Shown piece after piece: positions 49,782 to 58,936 of a DNA stretch of 64,000 nt; the first letter of the stretch is position 1, and every line of letters starts with the position of its first letter. The stretch lies in contig OZ242326.1 of assembly GCA_965208325.1 (NCBI GenBank), forward strand, positions 800,001-864,000. Direction: 5' to 3'. The stretch comes from Candidatus Poribacteria bacterium. GTDB lineage: Bacteria > Poribacteria > WGA-4E > PCPOR2b. A program made the position numbers and the translations under genes. Below the pieces are notes generated by a model, which was not told where the DNA came from, searched no databases, and saw nothing but the letters and a program-made list of their open reading frames with translations.

Positions 49782-50998
49782 TCCGATTCCCCGAGATGTT
49801 GTACTTCCGGACTTTTCAAATCTACTGGCGGGCTTTCACCCCGCGTTCGCCACGCTGTGAATCTATCTTCAAAAATCGTCATCACAATGATCCCCATGCC
49901 AATTGCTCCGATAGTGATATTCGGCAACCAAATAGAAAAAGCGGGCGACAGCGTTCCATTTTCTCCTGCCTCCTGCCCGAACTGTAATATCAGATAGTAA
50001 ACAAGAATTAGAGTCAGTCCAATACCCGCCCCGACCATTTTGCCGCTGCGTTTCACTATCAACCCTAGCGGCACACCGATTAATCCGAATACAAAACATG
50101 CAAACGGGATTGAAAACCTCTTCTGATACTCTACCCGCGCCTTCCTCAACTTATCGATTATTAAGTCTGAACTGTTCACCTGCGAAACACGGCTTTCAAG
50201 TTTTTTCACGTGGGCTTTGAGTTTTTCCATCGACATGGTCCGAGGACTTTCAAATTCGAGTTTTGTCCGTTCCACAGTCTCGCTCAAATCGAGTGCGATT
50301 CGATGTTCAGCAAACGATGTCAACCGGAAACCGTTAGGGGCGGTGGGAACCGGTTCATACGTTAAGCCGTCGTAGAGTTTTAACCAAGCCTGGCCGTTTT
50401 CAATCTCAATGTCCCCTCCAGTTGCATGGATAAAACGAGGCTGCCCCGACCAAATTGAATCCCACACCTTAACGTCTTGCAACCTATCCGTGATTGGGGC
50501 AGTCGATTCGTACATCCAGAGTTTTCCCTCCCGTTCCAATTCCTTCATAATCACACCCTCCTCTAACACAAAAGCTGGATTCTGCCTGTTTATATCCCGC
50601 TTTAACGAAGCATAAGCTACATTGCCGCGGGGCAAAGCGTAGTCCATGAAGAAAAAATCAAAGACGCCAATTAAGCTTGCAACGACCAAAAGCGGCAAAA
50701 GGATTTGATGAAATCCAATTCCGTGCGATTTCATAGCGGCAATTTCATTATCTGTCGAGAGTCTTCCCAAGGCAAGCAGGATTCCAACGAGGGTTGCCAT
50801 TGGGATAGTCAAGACTAGTATCACCGGCAAGACATAAATCAGCAGTTCAATCAGATAGCCGAGGTTGATTCCCTTTTCCACAAAGCGTTTTGTGAGTCGG
50901 AAAATTTCGTCAAGTAACAGGATGGAAGTAAAACAGAGTAGCGCAAGGAAGAAGGGCGGGAAGAACTCTTTGAGCGCATATCTAGTTAAAATTTTCAA
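49778..50998 (-). CDS. lptF: LPS export ABC transporter permease LptF
   Basis: MKILTRY..KE, GRLSTDNEIAAMKSHG and KRFSIPFAC motifs. Confidence 0.88.
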   Translation of the reverse strand: MKILTRYALKEFFPPFFLALLCFTSILLLDEIFRLTKRFVEKGINLGYLIELLIYVLPVILVLTIPMATLVGILLALGRLSTDNEIAAMKSHGIGFHQILLPLLVVASLIGVFDFFFMDYALPRGNVAYASLKRDINRQNPAFVLEEGVIMKELEREGKLWMYESTAPITDRLQDVKVWDSIWSGQPRFIHATGGDIEIENGQAWLKLYDGLTYEPVPTAPNGFRLTSFAEHRIALDLSETVERTKLEFESPRTMSMEKLKAHVKKLESRVSQVNSSDLIIDKLRKARVEYQKRFSIPFACFVFGLIGVPLGLIVKRSGKMVGAGIGLTLILVYYLILQFGQEAGENGTLSPAFSIWLPNITIGAIGMGIIVMTIFEDRFTAWRTRGESPPVDLKSPEVQHLGESD

Positions 50999-51124
50999 GC
51001 CTATAAAACTCCGATTGCCTGTACAATGTACATCGAATTGTTGGTTTATTTTACACCACGCAAATCAAAATATGCAAGATATTAGTTGCTTCGCAAGAGT
51101 TGAATCTTCAGTTACACAATACCT

Positions 51125-51787
51125 TTGACCGTCAACGAGAAGTTCGTCAATACTTGGGTGTTCCTACGAGAGTTGCCGGAACTAATAGGCGGCGCGAGAG
51201 GGGAACGTGCTAGCCGCGTCGCGGCAAAACTACAACATCATTACTCCGATTCGGTAGATATATTGATGCTTTCCTCAGAAGCAGAGGTGTTGGCACATCA
51301 GCCGGAGATGGCGCTTCCTTACAGGGGCAGGACACAAGCTTACTTGAGGTTGCTCAATAGAACTTTAGAAGCCTTTGAAGGAAGATATTTCTGAAAATTA
51401 GATGCAAAACCCATCAGTTTGGGGAGGAAGTTTAAGGAGGTACTGCATGTTTTTCGCTCATCGGGCACGCCAGATTACACGATTGTCGACATTGGCACAA
51501 TCTCTTTTGAACAAGACGGGATACTCTACATTGAGATACAGGTCGGTGGGGGCGAGGCAGCAGGGACGTTTGAATTGGTCGATGGTGACACGGAACTTGT
51601 TACAGATGAATCTCCTGATGAAGCACTGACGGGAGCGTGGAATATCCCGCCCGGAGGAACTGGACACATTATGTACGGCTTCAAACGGGGGCGGCGTTTT
51701 AAGTTGACTGCTGCCGGGGGTAGATCAACCAAGTCGGGGTGCATCAACGCATTTATCGCGCATATTTATGTGGTCGACGAGGTGTGA
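51125..51787 (+). pseudogene. Gene remnant: two in-frame ORFs separated by a single TGA
   Basis: 51125-51394 ends in TGA (51392-51394). The same frame continues KLDAKPIS into the 51419-51787 ORF, a beta-rich domain. Both ORFs start at TTG with no clear RBS. Confidence 0.5.
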
Positions 51788-51938
51788 AAGTATTGGCAGT
51801 TGCCGCAGTAATCCGATTGACGCCTTGGTTCTGTCGGATTACAGCCCAGAAAGATTGTACACGTTGCTGCAAATTGCGCGCGTAATCCAGGCGAACGTAA
51901 ATAGACATTTAGGACGTCGCTCTTGTGGTACAGCGAAT

Positions 51939-53207
51939 TTAATTCAACGACTGCAATACATCAAAGTAAGTCGGGAAGGTTTTGTTGACGCAACTAGGAT
52001 TTTTTATTCGAATACCCGGCACTTTCAATCCAATCAGAGAGAAACTCATGGCGATTCGGTGATCGTTATACGTGTCAATTGCCGCAGGCGTAATCCTCGA
52101 CGGAGAAATTTCGACACCGTCCTTGCCCTCGACAACTTTCACACCCAGTTTTCGTAGTTCTGTGACCGTGGCGTGAATGCGGTCTGATTCTTGCCAGCGA
52201 GTATGTCCAATATTGCGAATGCCCACTTTGCTGGCGGCGAAAGGAGCGATTGCAGCCAACGTGGGCCAAGTGTCCGAAATTGCGTTCATGTCTATATCTA
52301 TCCCCTTAAGCTGCTTAGCTCCAATTACTTCACACCCACCACGTTTCCAATTGACCTGGCACCCCATTTTTTCCAGCACATCTACGAAATGCACATCTCC
52401 CTGAACAGAGTCCGTATTGAGGTTATCTACTTCGACGCGGCCGCCTGTGAGCGCCGCGGCTGCAAAGAAGTAGGATGCGCTTGAGGCGTCAGGTTCAATT
52501 AAAAACTCGCAGGCTTGATACTTCTGTCTACCTTCAATGTGGAAGGACCGATAGTTGTCGTGGGTCACAGCCACACCGAACGCCTTCATTACGGACAGGG
52601 TCATGTCAATATACGGCGTTTTAATTTTGTCTGTGATTTCGACCTCTATACCTTCTTTTGTATATGGTGCAACGAGCATTATCGATGTCAAGAACTGGCT
52701 ACTTTTGTTGGTATTCAGTCGGGTTTTTCCACCTTCAAATCCATTTGCATTGACAATGGCAGGAAGAAATCCGTTGTCGTATACTGAGCGCACATCAACG
52801 CCAAGTTGCTGCAGCGCATCGAGCAGATTAGCGATCGGACGGGTCCGGCGCATGGGTTCGTCACCATCAATGACGAAATTGCCTTTCCCGAGCGCAACAT
52901 AACTCACAAGTGACCGCGATGTCGTTCCGGAATTGCCGACGTAGAGTTCAGCGTGATTGACAGGGATTTTACCGCCGTTGCCAGCAACCCAAAACGTGCA
53001 CCGATCTTCGTTCGCTTCGATCTCTACCCCGAGTTCTCGCAGGGCGGTGCACATGTAACGGGTGTCATCGCTGAATAGCGCCCCGGTTAGCTGAGAACGC
53101 CCTTCAGCGAGCGCAGCAACCAACAACGCCCGGTTTGTGAAACTCTTGGAACCGGGAATTGCGACTGCCGCATCAATTGAGCTCTTAACGGGTTGAATCT
53201 CGATCAT
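51939..53207 (-). CDS. aroA: 3-phosphoshikimate 1-carboxyvinyltransferase
   Basis: PGSKSFTNR, GNSGTT, SSQF, ESDRI, DHRIAM and KTFP motifs. Confidence 0.96.
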   Translation of the reverse strand: MIEIQPVKSSIDAAVAIPGSKSFTNRALLVAALAEGRSQLTGALFSDDTRYMCTALRELGVEIEANEDRCTFWVAGNGGKIPVNHAELYVGNSGTTSRSLVSYVALGKGNFVIDGDEPMRRTRPIANLLDALQQLGVDVRSVYDNGFLPAIVNANGFEGGKTRLNTNKSSQFLTSIMLVAPYTKEGIEVEITDKIKTPYIDMTLSVMKAFGVAVTHDNYRSFHIEGRQKYQACEFLIEPDASSASYFFAAAALTGGRVEVDNLNTDSVQGDVHFVDVLEKMGCQVNWKRGGCEVIGAKQLKGIDIDMNAISDTWPTLAAIAPFAASKVGIRNIGHTRWQESDRIHATVTELRKLGVKVVEGKDGVEISPSRITPAAIDTYNDHRIAMSFSLIGLKVPGIRIKNPSCVNKTFPTYFDVLQSLN

Positions 53208-53356
53208 GCTTTTGCGGATTTTCAGCTTAAGTCAGTGTACATTTCTTGTCGGCTCGATTTCACCATTAAACGTTGTGATACTGTCGAATCCACAGAATCG
53301 GGAATTGAGTTCTACTTTCCATAGTCCGAGAATTAAGCGGTGAATTTTAGCAATAT

Positions 53357-54253
53357 TTAGACCAGTCCGTGTTCAACCAACAGCTTTCTCAATTCACCTT
53401 TCGCGCCGTCATTGAGCGGCATTAGAGGGCTCGTCGTGTAATCACGGCAGATGTCTAGGATTTGCATGCATGCCTTCATACAACTGACTCCAGCGCCATA
53501 GGCGTAGAGCTTGCTCAGCTTTAGCAACCGTGCTTGCAAACGCTGCACCTCATCAAAATTTCGGTTTTTCGCGGCGTCATATAGCTGGACTGAGGTTTTT
53601 GGATCAATATTCGATATTGAGATTACCGCACCTTCTGCGCCGAATGTAATCGCCGCACCTGCCATTGTGTACGAGCCAATCAGTATTGAAAAACGTCCGT
53701 CATCTCCTAGATAGGTGAACATTTTGAGAAAATTTGTCCAATCCCCGGAACTATCTTTGATTCCAACGATGTTTTTATGCCGTACCGCCAAGTCTCTGAC
53801 AATCTCTGGCTTAATCGCGGTTTTGACCATCATTGGAATGTTGTAAATGACAAAAGGTAAATCGGTGCTCTGGGCGGCCGTACTGTAAAAAGTCTTGATG
53901 TCATCATCGCTGCTTGATGGGTAGTAGTATGGAGGCGTTGAGGCAACCGCATCAACCTTGAGTTCTTGCGCCATCTCGATATTTTGAATGACGCGACGGG
54001 TACTCGAATCCATCACCCCACAAATAATCGGCACACGTCCGCCGATTGTGTTTACCGCAATTTCGATTGCCCGTTGACGCTCCGCATTGGTGAGCGAAAC
54101 GAACTCGCCGGAACTGCCCAGCAAGTAGATGCCGTGTACACCGCTGTCGATTAAACGGTTGAGATGCCTTACAAACCCTAATTCATCAACGCGTTCTTTC
54201 GCGTCTAGCGGCGTTATCGTCGGTGTAAAAATGCCTTCAAATCGTACGTCCAT
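53357..54253 (-). CDS. DHDPS/NAL-family aldolase or dehydratase (probably acting on sugar acids)
   Basis: LGSSGE, PPYY, YNIP and GIKDSSG (Schiff-base Lys). It lacks the DapA-typical GTTGE, YNVPGRT and IKEA motifs. Confidence 0.88.
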   Translation of the reverse strand: MDVRFEGIFTPTITPLDAKERVDELGFVRHLNRLIDSGVHGIYLLGSSGEFVSLTNAERQRAIEIAVNTIGGRVPIICGVMDSSTRRVIQNIEMAQELKVDAVASTPPYYYPSSSDDDIKTFYSTAAQSTDLPFVIYNIPMMVKTAIKPEIVRDLAVRHKNIVGIKDSSGDWTNFLKMFTYLGDDGRFSILIGSYTMAGAAITFGAEGAVISISNIDPKTSVQLYDAAKNRNFDEVQRLQARLLKLSKLYAYGAGVSCMKACMQILDICRDYTTSPLMPLNDGAKGELRKLLVEHGLV

Positions 54254-54380
54254 GATGATTATCTCCTCATTTTATGCAATGATAAACTTAGTTTAACAGA
54301 AAAATTAACCTAGTGTCAATAACTTGCGTTGGGCTACTCTTTCCAAAAATATAATCCCATTGGCATGCCCTAAACGATTG

Positions 54381-54409
54381 TTGACTTACCCAATAATCTG
54401 TGGTATGAT
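54381..54409 (+). promoter_or_regulatory. Putative sigma70 promoter of the RLP operon
   Basis: TTGACT-17 nt-TATGAT with an extended TGn. A divergent TTGACA-18-TAAACT lies at 54290-54319 on the minus strand. Confidence 0.6.
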
Positions 54410-54523
54410 TGATTTTGCCTGACAGTCAATTTCACAGTCCAATTACACCCGTTCCCATTTCGGATTCTACGACCCGAATCGTTACCGTTATTAACTCTTG
54501 AACGCACACAGAAAAAATACATT

Positions 54524-55951
54524 ATGACACTCGTCGAAACCACAAAGCTTGAATTACTCTTGAGCGACGGAGACGCGCGTGAAATGTGTCTCCGCGAGAT
54601 TGTCGAAGAACGGCTCACAACAACACCGCCGCCGGTTTTAGAGGGTTACATTGTAGCGACCTACTTTCTGTCCCTCCGCACACTAACGCTGCAGGAGGCG
54701 GCCGAAGAGATTAGCTATCACGCCAGCAGCGGTGACAGACACCCGCCAGCGGGTTCATTATTGGAAGAGTGCACCGCCAAGGTAGTCGGTGTTGATGAGT
54801 TCGATTGCAGCAAACGGCTGGGTCTGTTGCACATGGCATTTCCCTTGAAAATGATGTCCCAACCTGACGGTCATTTAACCTCTTGTGACATGCTCCACAC
54901 AATGGCAGGCGCAATTATTTTTGATGTTTATGAAAATCAGGATGCCCGGCTAGTTTCCTTGAATATCCCGGAGAAGGTAATCCAAACCTTTCCGGGGCCT
55001 GCGCACGGCATGAGAGGAATTCGGCAGCTTACGGGATTTCCGTCCGCCCAACCCGCTTTTGGCACAATCCTAAAACCGACCGCCGGAATTACTCCGAATG
55101 AGGTTGGCCAGCTTGTAGAAGAAGTAGCGAGATGTCCTCTATTTCTCTTCGTAAAGGAAGACGAAAACCTCTACCCCAACCTAGATTATTCCCCGGCCGC
55201 CGAACGCACACGACAAGCTGTGGACGCCATTGAGCGCGCCCAGGATGAGCGTGGTGGACTAGGACTCATTTTCGCACCGCATATCAGCGGTGCGCCACAT
55301 GAGATTTTGGAAACGGTACATGCCGTGCTAGATGCGGGTTCCAGCGGTGTTATGTTCAGCGAGACATTTGCAGGCGGAACTGTTCGCATGGTGCGCGAAG
55401 CCACAAAAAACCTAAGTACGCCCCCAATCATCTATGGCCACAACGCGGGAATTGGCGTAAAGACGCGTGCAATATGGCGCGAGATTATCGATCTGCTAGC
55501 ACGGCTAGACGGAATTGATTTACGCCAGACATCGCCGGTACGACCGGGAACACCATTTTTGCGACCTTACGGCGCAGAATGGGAGGCATCCGAGGAAATT
55601 CTCACCCGCCGGTTGTCTGGTATTCACCCAACCGCAATCGTTCGTGCAGGTTCACTAGATCAGGGCAACATTTGTATCAATCTGGCGGACGCCGAGAAAC
55701 GCGGACGCCGCGAAAACGTCATGTTTGTGTCGGGGTCCGCAATTAACTCCATCAAAAATTCAGCAGGCAAAACCGACCCAAGAATTGGCGTGGAAGCGAT
55801 GCTGCAAGCTATAGAGGTTCATGACTCGAATGAATTACGGGACGTACCAATGGAGGATCACGTCGCAGCGCTGATGGCGATTGCAGAACACAAACAGCTC
55901 AAGGCTTTACGCGAATCGCTGCGTCAACGGTATCCCGGTAAAACAGTTTAA
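54524..55951 (+). CDS. RuBisCO-like protein (form IV), divergent
   Basis: FPGPAHG..GIR, GTILKP, VKEDENL (equivalent to K201-x-D203-E204) and IYGHNAG (equivalent to H294). Confidence 0.85.
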   Translation: MTLVETTKLELLLSDGDAREMCLREIVEERLTTTPPPVLEGYIVATYFLSLRTLTLQEAAEEISYHASSGDRHPPAGSLLEECTAKVVGVDEFDCSKRLGLLHMAFPLKMMSQPDGHLTSCDMLHTMAGAIIFDVYENQDARLVSLNIPEKVIQTFPGPAHGMRGIRQLTGFPSAQPAFGTILKPTAGITPNEVGQLVEEVARCPLFLFVKEDENLYPNLDYSPAAERTRQAVDAIERAQDERGGLGLIFAPHISGAPHEILETVHAVLDAGSSGVMFSETFAGGTVRMVREATKNLSTPPIIYGHNAGIGVKTRAIWREIIDLLARLDGIDLRQTSPVRPGTPFLRPYGAEWEASEEILTRRLSGIHPTAIVRAGSLDQGNICINLADAEKRGRRENVMFVSGSAINSIKNSAGKTDPRIGVEAMLQAIEVHDSNELRDVPMEDHVAALMAIAEHKQLKALRESLRQRYPGKTV

Positions 55952-55985
55952 CCTCGTCGCTGACCAATTACTTCAAATTATTATC

Positions 55986-57059
55986 ATGAGCAGAGAAACA
56001 CGACGCTTGCGAATCGGCGTATTGGGGTGCGGTCCGGTCGCGCAGATTGCACACCTTGACGCCTGCCGCAAAGCCCGCAACGTAGAACTATACGCTATCT
56101 GTGATGTTGCCGAGGACTTACTAAAAAAAATGTCGGCAGTCCATGAACCGCGAGTCGTCTATCGAAATTATGATGACATGCTCGATGACCAGCAGGTAGA
56201 GGCAATCATCATTGCGGCGGCAGACCAATTTCACGTAACTCTTTGCCGTCAGGCGGTCGATGCGGGAAAACATGTATTCATCGAAAAACCCCTCGGTGTA
56301 ACTGTTGAGGAATGTGAAGATTTGCTTCGTCGGATTCAAAACACCGGGCTAACGCTTCAAGTAGGTAACAACAGGCGTTTCGATCCTGCAATAGACCACG
56401 CACACTCATTCATCAAAGAGGAAATAGGACAAATCATCGCGCTTAAGTCGTGGTATTACGATTCGACCGACCGTTATACCATGACCGACAACTTACAGCC
56501 TATCCCTGTGACTAGCGTAAGCGTGAAACGTCCCGAAGGTAATCCAAAGGCGGACAAATACCAATATTTCATACTCGGACACGGCAGCCATTTAGTGGAC
56601 ACCGCGCGTTTTCTGGGCGGAGAGATTTTGAGTGTTCATGCCCGGTTTCTTGAACGGTTTGGGAGCTACTGTTGGTTTGTGAGCGTTGACTTTACAAACG
56701 GCAGCTTAGGACACTTCGACTTAATCATTGCCATACGCGGGGATTTTGAGGAGGGGTTTCAGGTTTTCGGCGAATATGGCAGCGTCCGGGGAAGAATTTA
56801 CCTGCCGTGGTACCACAAGTCTGGCCACGTTGAATGCTTCTCGGTTAAGGATGGATTGTTTCGCCGCCCACTGGGGGCGGACGCCTACACCTACAAACTA
56901 CAAATCGAAGGTTTCGCAGACACAATCCTTAATGGGGCTCCTATGCACGGTGCAAGTGTTGAGGATGGCGTCGCTGCTATGCGGGCGATGGTTGCTATTG
57001 CCCGTTCAGCAAAAACCGGCGAAAAGGTACGGCTATCGGATGTCACGGGAGGTGTCTAA
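55986..57059 (+). CDS. Gfo/Idh/MocA family NAD(P)-dependent oxidoreductase
   Basis: IGVLGCGPVA, KHVFIEKP, NRRFDP and HGSHLVD motifs. Confidence 0.92.
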   Translation: MSRETRRLRIGVLGCGPVAQIAHLDACRKARNVELYAICDVAEDLLKKMSAVHEPRVVYRNYDDMLDDQQVEAIIIAAADQFHVTLCRQAVDAGKHVFIEKPLGVTVEECEDLLRRIQNTGLTLQVGNNRRFDPAIDHAHSFIKEEIGQIIALKSWYYDSTDRYTMTDNLQPIPVTSVSVKRPEGNPKADKYQYFILGHGSHLVDTARFLGGEILSVHARFLERFGSYCWFVSVDFTNGSLGHFDLIIAIRGDFEEGFQVFGEYGSVRGRIYLPWYHKSGHVECFSVKDGLFRRPLGADAYTYKLQIEGFADTILNGAPMHGASVEDGVAAMRAMVAIARSAKTGEKVRLSDVTGGV

Positions 57060-57293
57060 TGCAAATCTCCGTATCGGGTTCACGTTAAACTAGCTTGAAG
57101 ACATTAACAAGAATCAAACAATCACGACAGTCGGCAAATATGATTGTTATTCGACGTCATTACATGGCCTCACCGAACGCTTGAAATGGTGAATCTGGAG
57201 AGTTGATAGCTGCCGTATTACATTGAATTCAGCGGAGACATCGGGAAATCGTCCGATAAGATTTTAACCACATATACTAATTGGTGTCCTCTA

Positions 57294-58895
57294 ATGTGCT
57301 TCCAACGACCGGCTAGAAATTGTGCGCGTATTGAAGAGCGGAGTCGCCTGAGCTTGTATCCAACACTGGGGTACGTCCTTTCGGTAATTTTGATTGGGGT
57401 GGTGCTCACTACGAATTTAGCTTTTGCGGGCACAGCCGGGACGGAGCATTTAGTGAAACGACACTTCGAGCAGGGGGTGCATTTTGTTGAAATTGGCGTA
57501 TACGACCAAGCCCTCGCTGAGATTCAAAAAGTGTTAGAACTCCAGCCGAATAATAGCGAGGCGTATTGCTTTCTTGGCGACGTGTATCAATACCAGGAGA
57601 TGTATAATGAGGCGGCGGACGCCTATCAACGAGCGCTTACACTCAATGGATCAATTCAAACACGTGGGATAGCGAACTGGTGTCTGGGCATCATCTACAA
57701 TAAACAAGGTAAATTCTTAGAGGCGGAGAAATACGGAAAGGAAGCCGTTTCATTGCTTCCAGACGCGGCTTGGACTCACTATAGATTGGGCAACATCTAC
57801 ACACAACGCGGGAAATTAGACGAAGCAACTGGCGCGTATCAAAAAGCGATTCAATTGAATCCGGAACTAGCCGAAGCATATCGTGGACTTGGGCGTACTG
57901 CGCTCATGCAAGATGATCCAGAGACCGCAATTCAATATTACCACAGCGCAGTTCAGCGAAACCCTTATGAGGAAAGTGCATACTACAATCTCGCCAAAGC
58001 GTACCGGCGCGCAAATCAATTTGAACAGGCAAAATCCCAGATGGAGTTATTCAGGGAGGTTAAAGCGTACCAAGATGCAGTCCAGGACTATCGAAAGAAG
58101 CTGAAGAATAACCCTTCTAACGTCAGTTTGTACGCGGAATTGGCGAAGGTTCATCTCGAAATCAATAACATTGACGCAGCCATCCAAGAGTTTAATATCG
58201 TGACATCTTTGTCCCCTGCGCTTGCACTCGGACATTACAATCTTGGGGCGCTCTACATGCAAAAAGGCGAGGTACAGCCAGCAATTGAGGCATTTCAAAA
58301 AGCAATTGAATTGGACGAAAACGACACCGAACCGTACATTCGTCTCGGATGGATTTTTGCCAGCCAGAAAAAGTTTGATCTCGCAAAGTTCTACCTTCAA
58401 GGTGCACTTGAACGCGATTCAAGGTTGTGGGAAGCTTATCAGGGTTTGGGTGAAATTTATGCTCAAGAAGGCGCCCTGAACGACGCGATCGCGGCGTTCA
58501 AGGCGTTGACAGAAATACAACCCAAGTCCGCCGCGGGCTGGCTGCGGCTAGGTACGATACAGGTTAAAGCCAAACAGTTCGACGAAGCTGTACATGCATT
58601 CCAAACGGCTATCCAAACGGATCCCGACCTGCCCGATTCCTATAATAATCTGGCATGGCTTTACGCCGACCGGAACATGAATCTAGCCCAAGCTGTGACA
58701 TTAGCAGAGAAGGCGGTTGCATTGAATCCGTCAGGTTCAAATCTTGACACACTTTCCTATGCCCACTACAAAAACAGAAATTATCCAGAGGCAGAGCATA
58801 TGATTCAGCGCGCCCTTGAAATCGAACCCAACAGGGATCAATACCTCAAACTCTTGAAAGAAATCCAAAACGCACGGAAGATTAACGGTAAATGA
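57294..58895 (+). CDS. Exported TPR-repeat protein (start uncertain)
   Basis: Signal/TM ending NLAFA followed by about 13 TPR motifs (YNNLAWLYA, LDTL..A). Confidence 0.9.
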   Translation: MCFQRPARNCARIEERSRLSLYPTLGYVLSVILIGVVLTTNLAFAGTAGTEHLVKRHFEQGVHFVEIGVYDQALAEIQKVLELQPNNSEAYCFLGDVYQYQEMYNEAADAYQRALTLNGSIQTRGIANWCLGIIYNKQGKFLEAEKYGKEAVSLLPDAAWTHYRLGNIYTQRGKLDEATGAYQKAIQLNPELAEAYRGLGRTALMQDDPETAIQYYHSAVQRNPYEESAYYNLAKAYRRANQFEQAKSQMELFREVKAYQDAVQDYRKKLKNNPSNVSLYAELAKVHLEINNIDAAIQEFNIVTSLSPALALGHYNLGALYMQKGEVQPAIEAFQKAIELDENDTEPYIRLGWIFASQKKFDLAKFYLQGALERDSRLWEAYQGLGEIYAQEGALNDAIAAFKALTEIQPKSAAGWLRLGTIQVKAKQFDEAVHAFQTAIQTDPDLPDSYNNLAWLYADRNMNLAQAVTLAEKAVALNPSGSNLDTLSYAHYKNRNYPEAEHMIQRALEIEPNRDQYLKLLKEIQNARKINGK

Positions 58896-58936
58896 AACAC
58901 CCATTATTATAACGCCGGGAGGTTGGGGATTGAACG

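Noticed and set aside
53357..54253. dapA (true DHDPS)
   Set aside because: It has GSSGE, YNIP and KDS rather than GTTGE, YNVPGRT and KEA, and is not linked to dapB.
54524..55951. Carbon-fixing RuBisCO
   Set aside because: K177, R295 and K334 equivalents are missing, and there is no rbcS or prk in the window.
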